From Blasia pusilla (taxonomy: Eukaryota): 64,000 bases of DNA. Shown here piece after piece: positions 27,561 to 40,000 of this stretch (position 1 is its first letter; each line of letters opens with the position of its first letter). The translations under genes and the position numbers were made by a program. Location of the stretch: contig CM114271.1 in NCBI GenBank assembly GCA_050084515.1, forward strand, positions 12,462,001-12,526,000. The letters run 5' to 3'. The notes under the pieces were generated by a model, which saw only the letters and a program-made list of their open reading frames with translations, was not told the origin of the DNA and did no database searches.

Positions 27561-28043
27561 TCGGTCCGGGTGGGCCTAGAGATCGTGCACGCAGGTGGTC
27601 TCGTTGGAAGACGAGGAGCTGGAGTTGCCTGACAAGGTGGTGGAGCTGTCCATGGAGGAGGTAGAGTCCCACCACCTAGACGCGTTGAGGGAGACGCTAG
27701 GCGTGAGGCTAGGATGGCTGCTCAGATACATCAGCTACATGAGCAGATTGTCGCTATGGCATTGAGTTTACCCGATGTCGGATCCATAGCATCGACATCA
27801 TATGGAGCAGCCAGAGATGTGGAGGATCCTGGTTGGATGTGCGGGGTTGCCCAGATGGAGGCCGCCGTAGTTGTGATGCGTGGAGCAGCCGCAGAGTTGG
27901 ATCCAGAGCGAGGGGAAGCCAAGAAAAAAACTAGGCCTCCTTTGTCTTTCACGTTGTCTGAGGTGATGAGGACCCCATTGATGGGTCCTTATCAAAGTTC
28001 CTAGAGAGTTGGTGATGTTGTTGGTGTGTAGGCATGGAGGGCT

Positions 28044-28790
28044 ATGGGAGAAGCAAGTGCAACGACTCCTATTGCTGATGCTCAGGAGAGGCATGTGTCG
28101 AGCATGTTGTTGGTGGCGGCCTCCGTTGTGTACCGCGCTCCTTTATTTTTTGCTTCCGATGTTATGACGTTGGAAGGTACGCCCGCCGAGGTTTTTCAGC
28201 TGGCCGCTACGCTATGTGAGCGTGGAGTTGGAGTTCTTGCATCATGTTCAGAGGTGATTGCAGAGGAGGTGATGGACCTGCCCTTGGAGCGGATGCTCGG
28301 GCCGTCCACGTCAGATTCATGGCAGGTTGCGGCTGCTAGGATGGCGAAGATGCCCGCTAGACCCGTGATAGAGCGTGCCATGACTTCTCCTGGTGTTGTG
28401 TTTTTGGATAACCGAGGAGAAGTCTTCCAGTTGGTGAGTCTCGGAGGTAGAGCTTTTAGTCTGCAGCCCGTCTTGTTGGATTCAAGAGCGCAACCCTTGA
28501 TGTTGGGGAAAGCGTCATTCAGAGGATTGGGCTTCACGAGAGCCGATGTGGAGCGTTGTCCATTCCAGATACAAACATCCTTGGGTGGAGTGAGTACCAC
28601 ACAGTATATCACCAGTCATGAGGTCGTAGTGAGGATTCGCCCGAGACATCCTACAGATGAGTCCATGGTGCAAGCCAAGGCGATAGTGACTGATGTAGAG
28701 TCCTACAACGTCTTGGTTGGTGGAGCAGTGTTATACCCGATGGGGTTTTCCCTAGATTACTGGGAGGAGTCAGCATCCTACAAATGGTAG
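28044..28790 (+). pseudogene. Retropepsin (aspartic protease) region
   Basis: VLLDSRAQ (cf. LDSGA) and the downstream YNVLVGG motif. Confidence 0.75.
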
Positions 28791-29185
28791 TCAGATGATG
28801 GGTGCCTTAGCTCATTACCCGCTTGATGCAGAGGTGCAGTGATCAAGCGACGGCCGAGAGAGATGGCCACCTCAGCAGCATTTAGCAGTGTCATCACTTG
28901 GCCTAGTGATCTGATTGAGGGACTTGTCCATGCATGAGATTTTCTTGTTCCTGACATTTCTATGGAGAGGAGTGACATAGTAGCCGCATCAGTCCGTGGA
29001 GGAGAGGTGCCGCTTTGGGCTCAACTGAGGAGCTCCGACCCTTAGCCACTGAGCATGTGCAGACCGCGTGGAGTGAGACGCTTGCACTAGAGTGTGACGG
29101 GTGAGAGGAACCCAAGATAGGCAAGAGTTCTGCTATAACCCCTTTGCACACCACCCCAATTATATGGTGCATCCCAGAACAGGGT

Positions 29186-30120
29186 ATTCGGGTGTTGGAT
29201 CTCTTTGGGGTGATCAACACTAGGTTAGCTGTTGTTTTGCACGCTCGAGTGTGCATGCAGCAGTACCTATATGTGAAGATTGATGATGTTGCGAGGCACG
29301 CTTCACTTCACCATATGGCGTTGTTATGCCTCTATTTTCATGACTTGTTGTCTCCGTCCACCATTCACGGTTACTAGAGTTCCTTACCGAGGGACATTTC
29401 ATTGTTGGGGGCGCAGGACTTGGAGCGAGTAGGGACCATAGACTTGGTTATTTCTGGTTGGCCGTATCAGGGCCAATCGAGTGTTGGACGAGGTAGCGGG
29501 TTAGCTAACACTTGGTCCAGGTTGTTTTGGGAGATGATGCGGATCTTGCGACATTTACATGAGCATCAGCCTCGTTCTCCAGCATACATTTGGAGAATGT
29601 GCCAATTTTAGGCAATTCGAGGTCCCGCGTGGTGACGAGTGCACATCAGGTGCGTGCATGGATCGGCTGGTAGTGTTGTTAGATGTGGCGAGTATAGGTT
29701 CTAGAGCACACCGCCCGCGTCTTTGGTGGACCAACTTGGTACCACATGAGGTGTTGTAGAGGGCTTTTGCGAGAGTGGAGCGTCCCTCCGATTTGTTGGT
29801 GGTTCTATATTGGATCCGGGCCGTCAATCATAGGCAGTGAGGCACGATGATCGATCGCCGTTGACTGTGGTCAATAGGATTGGCATGCCATGAGCAGCCT
29901 TTCACACATTTATGAGTTTTCCTGCTTCCTATGCATTCAAGGAGGCCGGACTTGGCTTGGTTTGGGATGACCAAGTACAAAAGTTGGTGGAGCCCAGCAC
30001 CGATGAGCGAGAGCGAGCGATGGGATTCCCCACATGAGTGACAGCAGTACTATCACTATCGGAGGCATTACGACGTCATGTCTTGACTCAGGCCTTGGAC
30101 CTGAAATGCTTGATATGGAT
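29186..30120 (+). pseudogene. C5-cytosine DNA methyltransferase domain, DNMT3-like, inside pol
   Basis: Motif I VLDLFGVI (~29192), motif IV IDLVISGWPYQG (PC to PY, TAT at 29465), SRLFWE, motif VI ENV (29593, after a frameshift), motif VIII AHRPRLWWTN (29706), motif IX ERERAMGFP (30005), motif X RRHVLTQALD (30071). Confidence 0.9.
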
Positions 30121-30439
30121 TTTCAGCTAAGAAGTAGCTGAGCAACGTCGTTTGAGGATGCGATAGATCACAAAAGTTGCGTTGGTGAGCCCCATGCCTA
30201 TCGAGACGGTTGAGGCAGTGGCTGGGGGCGAGACCCGAGGAGATCGACATACCAAGGGTTATCGGGAGAGACACCCTTGGACTTCTTGGGATGTTTTGCA
30301 GGTACGCCAGGAGATGATAGCCACAACATTGAGCGTGGTTCCGAGTATTGCACGTGGAAATGAGAGTTCTATTGTCCAAGACGGGGTTGCACCATAGCAA
30401 CCACCGACATCCGCACCGGAGAGTCCTACCGTAGTCACG

Positions 30440-31920
30440 ATGGAGACTTGGGAGCTAGATATGGGCCCTCAGTTGACAAGAGGAGAGCGGCGTCGGATAC
30501 ACCAATTCCTTAGGAGTTATAGGAGTTGTTTTGCATTTAGTATGCATGATTTGGATACGCTGAAGGGTCGAGGGATCCGCATTGAGTTATCGAGTGACAC
30601 GCCGATCTTCCGAGGATCCTACAGGTACAATGACATGGAGAGGGCTCTGATTCAGAGTAGGAGCCAGGACTTAGTTGGAGCAGGACTAGTGGAGATGTCG
30701 CATGGAGAGTATGCATCTACCACTGTCATGCCCTTCAAGAAGGATATGCATGGCAACTGGACGGATAGGCGAATGTGTGGAGATTACCGACCTATCAATC
30801 TACAGACGAAGTCTGATAAGTATGCCATGCCCATCCCTGAGGAGATCTTTGATACGATTGGGCATGCAAAGGTCTTCAGTTCATTGGATTTGCGAGCTAG
30901 ATACCATCGGCTGCCTATCAGATTGGAGGACAGGAAAAAGATGACATTTTGGGGCATCGATCCTCACGGGAAGGATTGTTTGTACCAGTGGCGGTTCTTA
31001 CCATTCGGGTTAAAGAACGCCCCGGTTGAGTTTCAGAGAGTCATGGATAGGATCTTGGCAGGTCTGGATTTTGCTAGGTGTTATATTGATGACATCGTAG
31101 TCTTTAGTGCCATGGTTGAGGAGCATGAGCGACATCTAGAGGAGGTATTTTGACGATTTCAGTTACATGGGCTGAAGCTACATCCACACAAGTGCAAGTT
31201 CTTCTACGACCAGATTGAGTACTTGGGTCATACAATATACCTTGGGGACCTTGGTGTGCAGCAGACAAATGTAGAGGCTATTTCACATATTCCACGTCCT
31301 ACAGATGTGAGTCGAGTTCGTGCATTCATGGGATTGGCAAACTTCTATCGACGGTACGTCAAGGGGTTCAGTTCGATTGCAAAGCCGCTAACCTTGATGA
31401 CCAAGGTGGATCATGAGTGGCATTGGGGGGATGAGCAAGAGAGAGCATTTCAGATGCTCAAGGACAGATTGACGTCCACGCCCATATTGAGGAGATCAAT
31501 CAGGGGGCATCCTTTCCAATTGCATACCGATTGAAGCATGTTGGGGCTTACATCCGTGCTCACCCAACATGATGATGATGGTAGAGAGTTCATGGTGGCT
31601 TATGCTAGTCGCTCGAACAACACTGCAGAGGCAAAGTATAGCTTGTATGAGGGTGAGTGCTTGGCTGCAGTGTGGCTATCGCATATTTCAGATGTTATCT
31701 ATTCGGCAATCCCTTTACCATCATTACTGATCATCAGCCACTTAAGTGGTTGATGGAGTCCGACAAGCTTACAAGGAAGCTTGCAAGGTGGGCTCTTCTG
31801 TTGCAGGAGTATGACTTCCAGATGGTGCATAGACGTGGGATGCTCAACCAAGATGCATATGGTTTGAGCCGTAACCCATGCCCAAGTCAGCGAGATGTGA
31901 CTAGAGCTCGTTGGCATGGT
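30440..31920 (+). pseudogene. Ty3/Gypsy reverse transcriptase and RNase H
   Basis: RMCGDYRPIN, FSSLDL, LPFGLKNAP, CYIDDIVVFS, VRAFMGLANFYRRYV, FQLHTD, VAYASR, ITDHQPLKWL, LARWALLLQEYDF. Confidence 0.97.
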
Positions 31921-32239
31921 GAGAGTGATGAGGAGTTGGTGCGAGGATGGCATGCATCAACCTATTTGGGCTTATTGGCTATGGAGAGCCAGATTGCTGA
32001 GACTTCAATGGCGAGGTTTGATGGAGAGTCCTTAGATCCAGAGGCCGGTGAGGAGACGATAAGTGGTCAAGACATTCACGACGATGGAGTGGTCTTGGAG
32101 TACCTGCGTATTGGCAGCATCGCGAGCACAGTGGGTACTAGAGAGCGGGGTCGGATCCTACAGCGAGCCAGACGGTTCCGGTGGGAGGGCACACATGTGT
32201 TGCGAGTGTGGGAGGATAGTAGAGTGCGTGTAGTGCCTC

Positions 32240-33340
32240 ATCCTTTGCAGAGAGCACGTTTGGTGCGTCATGCCCACGAGGAGTTGGATCATTTTGGAGT
32301 GAAGCGGACGTACAACTTGCTCCAGATTCAATATTGGTGGCGAGGCATGCAAACTGACGTTCAGCAGTTTGTTGCTAGATGCATGGTGTGTGATCGAGTC
32401 TGAGCATCGTTCAATGCTGCAACTCCACAATTGCATCCACTTCCGATCATGAGTTTAGGTTATAGATGGATTCTGGATTTTGCAGGACCTTTGCCTTTGA
32501 CAGAGCACCATAGTCGTTATGTGTTGGTGATGGTTGAGCACTTCTCGAAGTGAATAGAGTTGGTTACATTGCCTGACAAAGCGAGTGAGGTAGTAGCATA
32601 TGCCTTCCTAGATTGAGTGTTGAGTCATTATGGCGCACCAGCTGAGGTTTTGACAGACCCTACCCTAGTCTGTCAACACCTCAGAGTTCCTTGAGGAGTT
32701 TCAGGCCTTGTATGATCAAGCACTGCTCGACCACCGCACTACTTCGCTAGATCATCTTGAGGCAGATGGACTAGCGGAGCGGGTTGTGCAGACGGTGAAG
32801 AGAGGACTACGCAAGTATGGCTTGTAGAGAGGTCACCTAGGAGATTTGGACCTTTACTTGCTGTGGTTGGCGATGGGATACAAAAGGCAGGCATCCTTAG
32901 CGCCTTTCTCACCGTACTTGTTGCTTTATGGTCGAGAGCCAGATTTACATACGGCCATTCGTCAAGATACTGGTGAGGTGTTGAACCTTGATGACCCTGA
33001 TGTATGGATACAATCATGTTCTCAAAGGGCTCAGTTGTTTCGGAGAGTAATGCCCATGGCGTTTGAGAACTTGACGATTGCGCAACATCGGGATACGTTG
33101 AGGTATGCGACTATTCGAGGAGGTGCTTATCGACCTACTATCTTGAGGTTTCATCAGGGAGATTATGTCTACTTGCACTAGATGGAACCCACAACGTTGG
33201 ATGTGATTGTAGGGCGCACCATCTTGAGATTGCGTGAGGTTTTCCCATCCGGTGTTCTCTTATTGGAGGGACGCGATGGTATGGTTTGGAAGGACCATGT
33301 GCATAACTGTGCGCCATCTCATCTTCCGAACATTAAAGGA
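32240..33340 (+). pseudogene. DDE integrase (HHCC zinc domain, catalytic core, C-terminal domain)
   Basis: HEELDHFG..YWWRGM..CMVC; LDFAGP; GAPAEVLTD; ADGLAERVVQTVK; SPYLLLYGREP. Several stops and a local inversion at 32642-32684. Confidence 0.93.
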
Positions 33341-33377
33341 ACAATTGATCCGAGCTTAGCAATAATTCGTGCAAGCT

Positions 33378-33520
33378 TGCGGTGTATGTTGTGTGGTTCC
33401 GCCCGTGATGCAGCCACTATGCTAGTCTGTGATGGGTGTTCGAGAGGATGGCATATGGCATGTTTGACGCCACTTCTCACTAGGTTTCCTTAAGGACAAT
33501 GGATGTGTCCCAGATGTACA
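33378..33520 (+). pseudogene. PHD finger at pol C-terminus
   Basis: CMLC..MLVCDGCSRGWHMACLTP..(stop)GQWMCPRC gives C4HC3 with the typical W before the last Cys pair. Confidence 0.92.
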
Positions 33521-36375
33521 TAGAGTAGGTAGTTCTACATTCCGACTTGTGTCTATGATATGGATGACAAGAAGGCGACTAACGATGGGGCCACATGAGC
33601 ACCTGGCCTTCTTGCTCTTAGCGTCCCAGAGATGTATGTCATGGTAGGTAGAGATAGATGGCTATGAGGAGTTAGAGGAACCTAACCACCAACTAGAGGG
33701 GCGATTGGAGATATTTTGGTACTTCTTGTCTTGTTGTTTGGATGCCATGAGTTAGCATGGGATCTTGTGTGTTTATGTGTGTGTTCGGTGACAATGATGT
33801 ATGTTTTGTAGCGATGTGTATGTGCTCGAAAATTGTCACATCTTTTAGGATATATCAGTGAGATCTAGTAGAGCGCCTTCGTGAATAGTCGAGGACAGGC
33901 TCACTAGGTTGAGGATGACTTTCTGAGGCTTCGAGAAACCTGAGAGAGCACGTTTCCTCTTCGTTTCGGCTCATTTGGAGTCATATTGAGGAACTTACTA
34001 TTTTAGGTAAGTACCATTTTGAGTATATGATCGATTTTCTATTTTTGGTAAGTGGTCCTTGACCTCCTACATCAGGTCAAGAGTCAAGGAGGTGACTTGG
34101 GAGCATAAGTTACCATGGAGAGAGCTTGGGAGAGAGGACAGTATACTTCAAGGAGAGAGAGTTTGAGAGCTCATTCTCTCTTTGTTGAACCTTTTGGCAT
34201 GAGACGGCAGAGTTATGGTCTTGCTTGCCTTGTGTGTGTAATCCAAACCTCTCATTAGGAGAGTTGGTTTGGTTTGACATTGAGAGAGACATGTGAGAAC
34301 TATGGTGTTGTGAGAGATATTAGATCTTATTCTATTGGAAATATTTTGGTATTTCTTGTCTCGTTGTTTGGATGCTATGAATTAGCATAAGATCTTACGT
34401 GTTTATGTGTGTGTTCGATGACAACGATATATGTTGTGTAACGATGTGTATACGTACGATATATCATATTTCAAATATTTTTTTAAAAAAAAATAATTTA
34501 ATTCAATAATATAAATTATTACTTATATTCTATTTTATTCATTATAATGAATGAATTCTTAATATAATATTAAATGAAACCATATTTTTTAATCAATTAG
34601 GATGCTAGTATGTTGATTTATACTCATATTAAAAAGTACCTTCTTTATTCCCAACCCTCCATGTGCATAGAATTAGAGAAACCTTTTTAAAACCCTTATA
34701 TTTTTGACATTTTATTGTTAATGAATGTCATTTAAAAATAAGCAGATTAAGGAGAAAATCTCACCCGTGGGGAAGCATACTAGTTTAGATTGTGGTTGCA
34801 TTTTAGGGTTGCTTTCAACCATTTGCATTTTCATGCGAACTGCGAATTCCGCGATAAGTGCGTGGGTTTCGGTGTTCGACTGACTGTTCGCTAGGTCCGT
34901 CCGAAAATATCACATCATTCGCCGATACGTATCGACGAAGGATGACTCGTCAGCACTCGTCGAAGGTCGGATGAAGGATGAATCACGCGAAAGGTCAGGC
35001 ATGGGACTCCAGATCGTGTTCGTCGGCAGTCGAATACGCATAGATGAACGAAAATGTTTCTCCTGACGAATACTGTTTGCTGGGGTAAAATCAATGTTTC
35101 GTCCGAGATCCAAGAGGTGGGTAGAATAAAACTTCGAGCGTGTCTCCGAGGATAATCCAATGCGGCTAAGAATCCCATAGTCGGTTGTCAATTACAACCT
35201 CAAACCGTGGCAAAAGTCGGTGCCAAGTGTCAGCCAATGCTCATGAGAGTTAAGATCTCCGAAGGTCTTTGCGCTTGAATTCATTACCGTGAACGTTTAA
35301 GGGCCTAAAGGAAAAGTTTTTCGGTTGGTGAGGGCCAATGCATGATGAATGTGATGCCGCGATGCCGCGATGCCGCGAAAGCGATTGGTTTGGTAGGTTC
35401 AAGCGATCGGCGCTTACACAATGCAGCCCGTCGTTTGATGAATTGGATTGCTTGGAATCACTGGAAGCCACACTCAAACTGTGGAAACGCGGTGATGCGA
35501 TAAATGTACAGGGGGAAGAAGCCGCATCAATGCTTGCGCATGGGCCACCTCATTCAATGGGCGCAGCAATTAATTTGCTTTTCGGCGGAGAGATCGGCTC
35601 CTACGTTGTCCTATGGCTCAACATCGCGGGATACAACAGGATTCAACGGAATTTTAACCATTGAACCCTTCATAACTCTGCCACGACTTGAGTCCGTAGG
35701 TACATGGCAAAGGTCTACTTCATGCCCTACGTGTTGTGTTGCGTATTAATTATCAGTAAGCAAGCGCGATCTCCGGATTCCTCACAAAACTGCCGATCCA
35801 AAAGATGTCGCTGATAGATGTTACGGAAACCTCAAAGTACCGTAGGCCTTGCAGGTTTGAAACCCTTCACAAGTAGTACCGGCCTTCTCTCAAATGTATC
35901 TGGCCAATGCAGCAGTTTTGATCTGTTATAAGGTTCGTAGTTCAAAGATGATAGTGTGCTTGGAGAAAATCGAGGTCCAGTAACATCAGCATCAGTAAAC
36001 TAATTAATTCAGAGCTGAGAGTTGATCTTTGGGCAGCGAGTTTGGGAAATTAATAAGAAATGGACATCGTGTGGATGAGTCTCCATGCGTGAAATTTACG
36101 GACAGGACCTGTCTACCTGACAATGTGTGCCTCTACCACTGATTTTATTTACGGTTCTGTATGGACTGTATACTCAATCTTCCTAGCTTCGACGGAGCTA
36201 GCAGATCTTCCTAGATCAACGCGGATCAGGGCAGAAGGAGCTTCAATTCGTCAGTACTGTGCTCGCATAAAGATGTGACTCTCTCTCTCTTTACACCCAT
36301 CCCAGTCTCAAGCACCGTCCAACCAGGGCGTGGGGTCTATGGTCGCAAGGCTACGACAGGCACTACTTAATGAGT

Positions 36376-36379
<4 letters not shown>

Positions 36380-36408
<29 letters not shown>
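36380..36408. repeat. (CT)n microsatellite
   Basis: Direct reading; a second (GA)n run lies at ~37002-37028. Confidence 0.95.
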
Positions 36409-36410
<2 letters not shown>

Positions 36411-37001
36411 AAATGGCAACGTGGTTCCCAGCGAGGTTCACCAGGCCTGGAGTGCACAAGTTGTTGGAAGTTTGAACTGATGCTACACTTTATGGATAGC
36501 TTGGGCGATGTGGGGCCGATGTGGTGAATGCTACTCTCATGCAATAGAACAACGACCAAGTCATCCAACAAACGCTCGTTAGGCAAAAGAGAGGGAGAAG
36601 CGGCTACTGAATGACATATGTAAAGTCTGCACACGGGATCCCCATGTCGTTATCTGCGGGACCTAACTTCAAAACAATGAGCAAATTCTCTAAGTCGCTT
36701 CAGTCCGCTCCTCACCGCAACTGAAGTTCTGATCTACTCATCCCTGATTCTGCGAGGAAAGAGAGTGAACCATTGATTGATCTTGGGAAAGAGCAATCAG
36801 TCATGTAGTCAAGCCGAAGTTCACGGAAATCAGAGGGGCCATGCATGGAATACGATAATCCGAGGCCTGCAGAGTATGGAGTAGTGATAACCGTTGCAGG
36901 CAGGGAAGGAAGGAAAGCCAATAAGGACACTGTCCTAGGACCCCGTTGGCCACGGGGGGCCGATGAGAATATGAGGGAGGAGAAAGAGCATGAATGCAAG
37001 A

Positions 37002-37032
<31 letters not shown>

Positions 37033-40000
37033 GGAATGTAGTGCCCGCTGGCCACATGATGTACATAGGACAGAGCACATGGAGAGAAAGGGAGAGGGAC
37101 CCAAATTAAGGTTTTGATGTGTGTCCCACGATATCTATAGCCATGAGTACTGAGATCCCATTGTGGACTGGCGTGAGAAAGATGTCCAATGAAGGTACCA
37201 GCCTGCGTTGCTGATTTTCGAGAAAGGCGGCTAAGATCGCGGTGGGCCGGACAGGATAGAGGTAACTATACATGCAGAGGCGCCGTTCGCTTTAAATTCA
37301 ATACGGTCTACGATTTGTGGCTAGGCCCCACTTGATCCATCATCATCGGTTCATCAACCAGTCTCCGCACGGTTGGTCATCTTTCCATTTTCCCCCAGGC
37401 GCTCGATGAAGCTAAGCAATTAACTCAATTGATCAATTCCTGGAGTTCGAACTTCGCTGTCGAGAGTGTCGGCATCCAGCTTCAGTCCACACATCATGAG
37501 GAACATGAAGAGGTCTGGTCAGCATGGATCCGTTGCGGTTTTACGCGAAAGGGTATCTGTCTAAGCGGGTAGAAAGCTTACTTGAGTGTTATAGATTCTC
37601 CGTGTCGCCTCCTTTGTTCAGCTTACGCACAAAACTTCTCAGAGTATGGTCGGTTGAGCTGGCTCTAGCGTTTTAAATTTTCTCGATTCAATATCCTCCA
37701 CTTCATGTTGTAGATTTCTTTGTGTTGGGCGAAGAAGAAGTCTTGCGTTCAGTGTCAGTTAACCATAGTACCTGCGAGATGGATTGGACAACCCGGAGAT
37801 TGAGGCGATTCGAATTCGAGCTGCGTATCCATCAGGGAACTTAGGGAGGTCTCGAAAGTTTCTTTCTAGCGCTTGGCGTGCTTGCAATTTTCTCTCATCC
37901 TGGGGTGAATTGAAATACAGATCCCAGAGATCATGACTAAGTTTTGAAAAATACGGTCGAAGAATTCTGCCACGAGAGGGTTTCATATCAGGTCTGTAAT
38001 TCTACCATTTTAGCGGATTTGAAATCGGATTAAAAATCCTGCACGCCTTTCCCTTGTTCAAGGGTCTATTGTGTATGGTTGTGGTCGTAGATTTTATTTT
38101 ACGAACTCGAGTTTGTGTGTCTTGTCTGTTCAAATGCACGAGCAATCTCCATCACGGAAGACAGGAATATGACGAAGCCATTGCGGTAGATCGTGCATAC
38201 ATCTCTCCATGCGCTAGATTGCTGTCCTCTACATCCTTATCTGCTCCGCATATTCACCCCAGCGTAGGCCTGCAGTTTCAGAAGCCTAGAATGAACTTAT
38301 ATGCACCTTGAGGGTTATTTGAAATTTCTGCCTTTTCGGAATCTGTCTTTAAGGTCAATTTACAGGTCTACATTCTCCGGTGGTAACTTAAGAAAAATTC
38401 AACTTTTGTACAATGAGTTTCAGCTTTTAGTTGATGCACGCACTTTTACTTTCTGTGCTTCAGATGCCCTTGGTATTTTAGTTTTGGACCTTCCGTAGAT
38501 TTAACGCTTCACTCGGTGAGTAAGACGAGGATATTCCAATGATGCAAAGCTTTGTGGAATTTCCAAACGTGTCTGTAACTCGTATCACATAAAGGCACAG
38601 AATGTGTGGCAAGTTCAGCTAAACGACAGGATACAACGAGTGCGACCCCGAATCGCCAGGAATAGCGACATACGGTCATCACTTTCCTTCTACTTGACAA
38701 CTTCATGATAGTCCTGGTTCTCACAATCGAGAGCAGTCAAAGACGACATCAATACCTGACACAAAGACCGACGTGAGCATGCCAAAGCTTAAGAATAGAG
38801 TAGAAATTCATAGGTATACGTACACTTGGGGCAAAGGTCAGAGAATGCCCCAACGCGTCATGTACACCTAAACGCAGTGCAAGCTGTCGAGCACTACTGC
38901 ATGGTGGTTCAAGCTGCACATCTAGTCGAACGATACTGCCTCACGCCTTCTCTTCTTCGGCTTTTGGATTTCTCATCTGTTAGCGTAGTCTTTTAGTGTA
39001 CTCAATGGGAGTAGAGCCTACCTGCGGAAACATTGTCGACTTCAATCAACCAACAATAGTGTGCTTATCAAGCAGGACGAGGTCTTTTTCAGTGTTCAAG
39101 TAAGTAGGCTGGTGCGCGTTGTAGCATGAAGCTTTTGGCACGTTATAGCTCTATTGATCACTAAAGTTCGATGGAAGCTCAGCATGACGTGATTACATTT
39201 GACCAAGAATTTCTACTGGACACGCTGATCCATACCCACCTTAGCATCTCTCTCTTCATGTTTCTAAAGCTTCACAGCTCTTCTTTACCTCCTCGAACTT
39301 ACACCATGCCACGCTAGTAACTTTCAGAGGATGAGACAAAGAAAATTAATTTTGAGTGTTCAGCTGGCCCATGATCATGTGTTCATAACTACAAACGCGG
39401 ATTTTCTTGAGTTCTCTGCTCTCGGATTCCGAGTCTTGGGATCAACTCTCTACGACCATCAAAACTGACGAAAGACAAGGCAGTTGAATGTGGCTGTAAA
39501 GAGGAATCCATAGCCATGACTAATATGAAGGTTCTGGACAACATGAAGGGTAAAGCAACGCCTCAGAATCCGGTGATGACTTTGACTGACTTGTTGGTCC
39601 TGTCAGTGTCGTTGATGAGCAAGTAGGTTTGAACTCATCCGCTTCAGTATTATGGAAGAGTTTCTTTCAGACACTACACTCGCTGATAGACATTTCGAAG
39701 GAATAGCATGGAGGGGATTCCTAGTGAAGAGCAAAGAGAGACTAGACTGGTAAGAGGATCTAGGATATGACCACTTCATACAATCCCATTGATTTTACCA
39801 CGCGAGTCTCGAGTTTTGGACAACTATTCTCAACATTTTCACCTTTCATTCATCAACTTACACAGTGTAAGAACTTCTGAAAATCCTGCCAACATGCCAT
39901 CACCAGGTGCCAACGTTCTGAATTTTAGTTCTAATTTGAGTCTGCTATTGCCATTCAGAATTGCCATAGCTCTCTATTCCTGCAAGCCCTTTTTATCTTT

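Larger units (their letters stand above)
24291..34461 (+). mobile_element. Ty3/Gypsy-type retrotransposon with DNA methyltransferase, PHD finger and split direct repeats (A1...B1-A2-B2)
   Basis: A1 24291-24807 matches A2 33834-34333; B1 33704-33831 matches B2 34334-34461. Internal order gag-PR-MTase-RT-RH-IN-PHD. Termini TATCAC...ACGATA (inferred TG...CA with transitions); flanks GATC / TATC. Confidence 0.92.

Noticed and set aside
29186-30120. Bacterial restriction-modification MTase, contamination, or host DRM/CMT gene
   Set aside because: It is intronless, collinear with pol and equally decayed, has non-permuted DNMT3-like motifs, and lacks a partner endonuclease or UBA/BAH/chromo domains.
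24291-34461. DIRS/Ngaro tyrosine-recombinase element
   Set aside because: Despite the split repeats, no recombinase ORF is visible, while an HHCC-DDE integrase and a protease are present.
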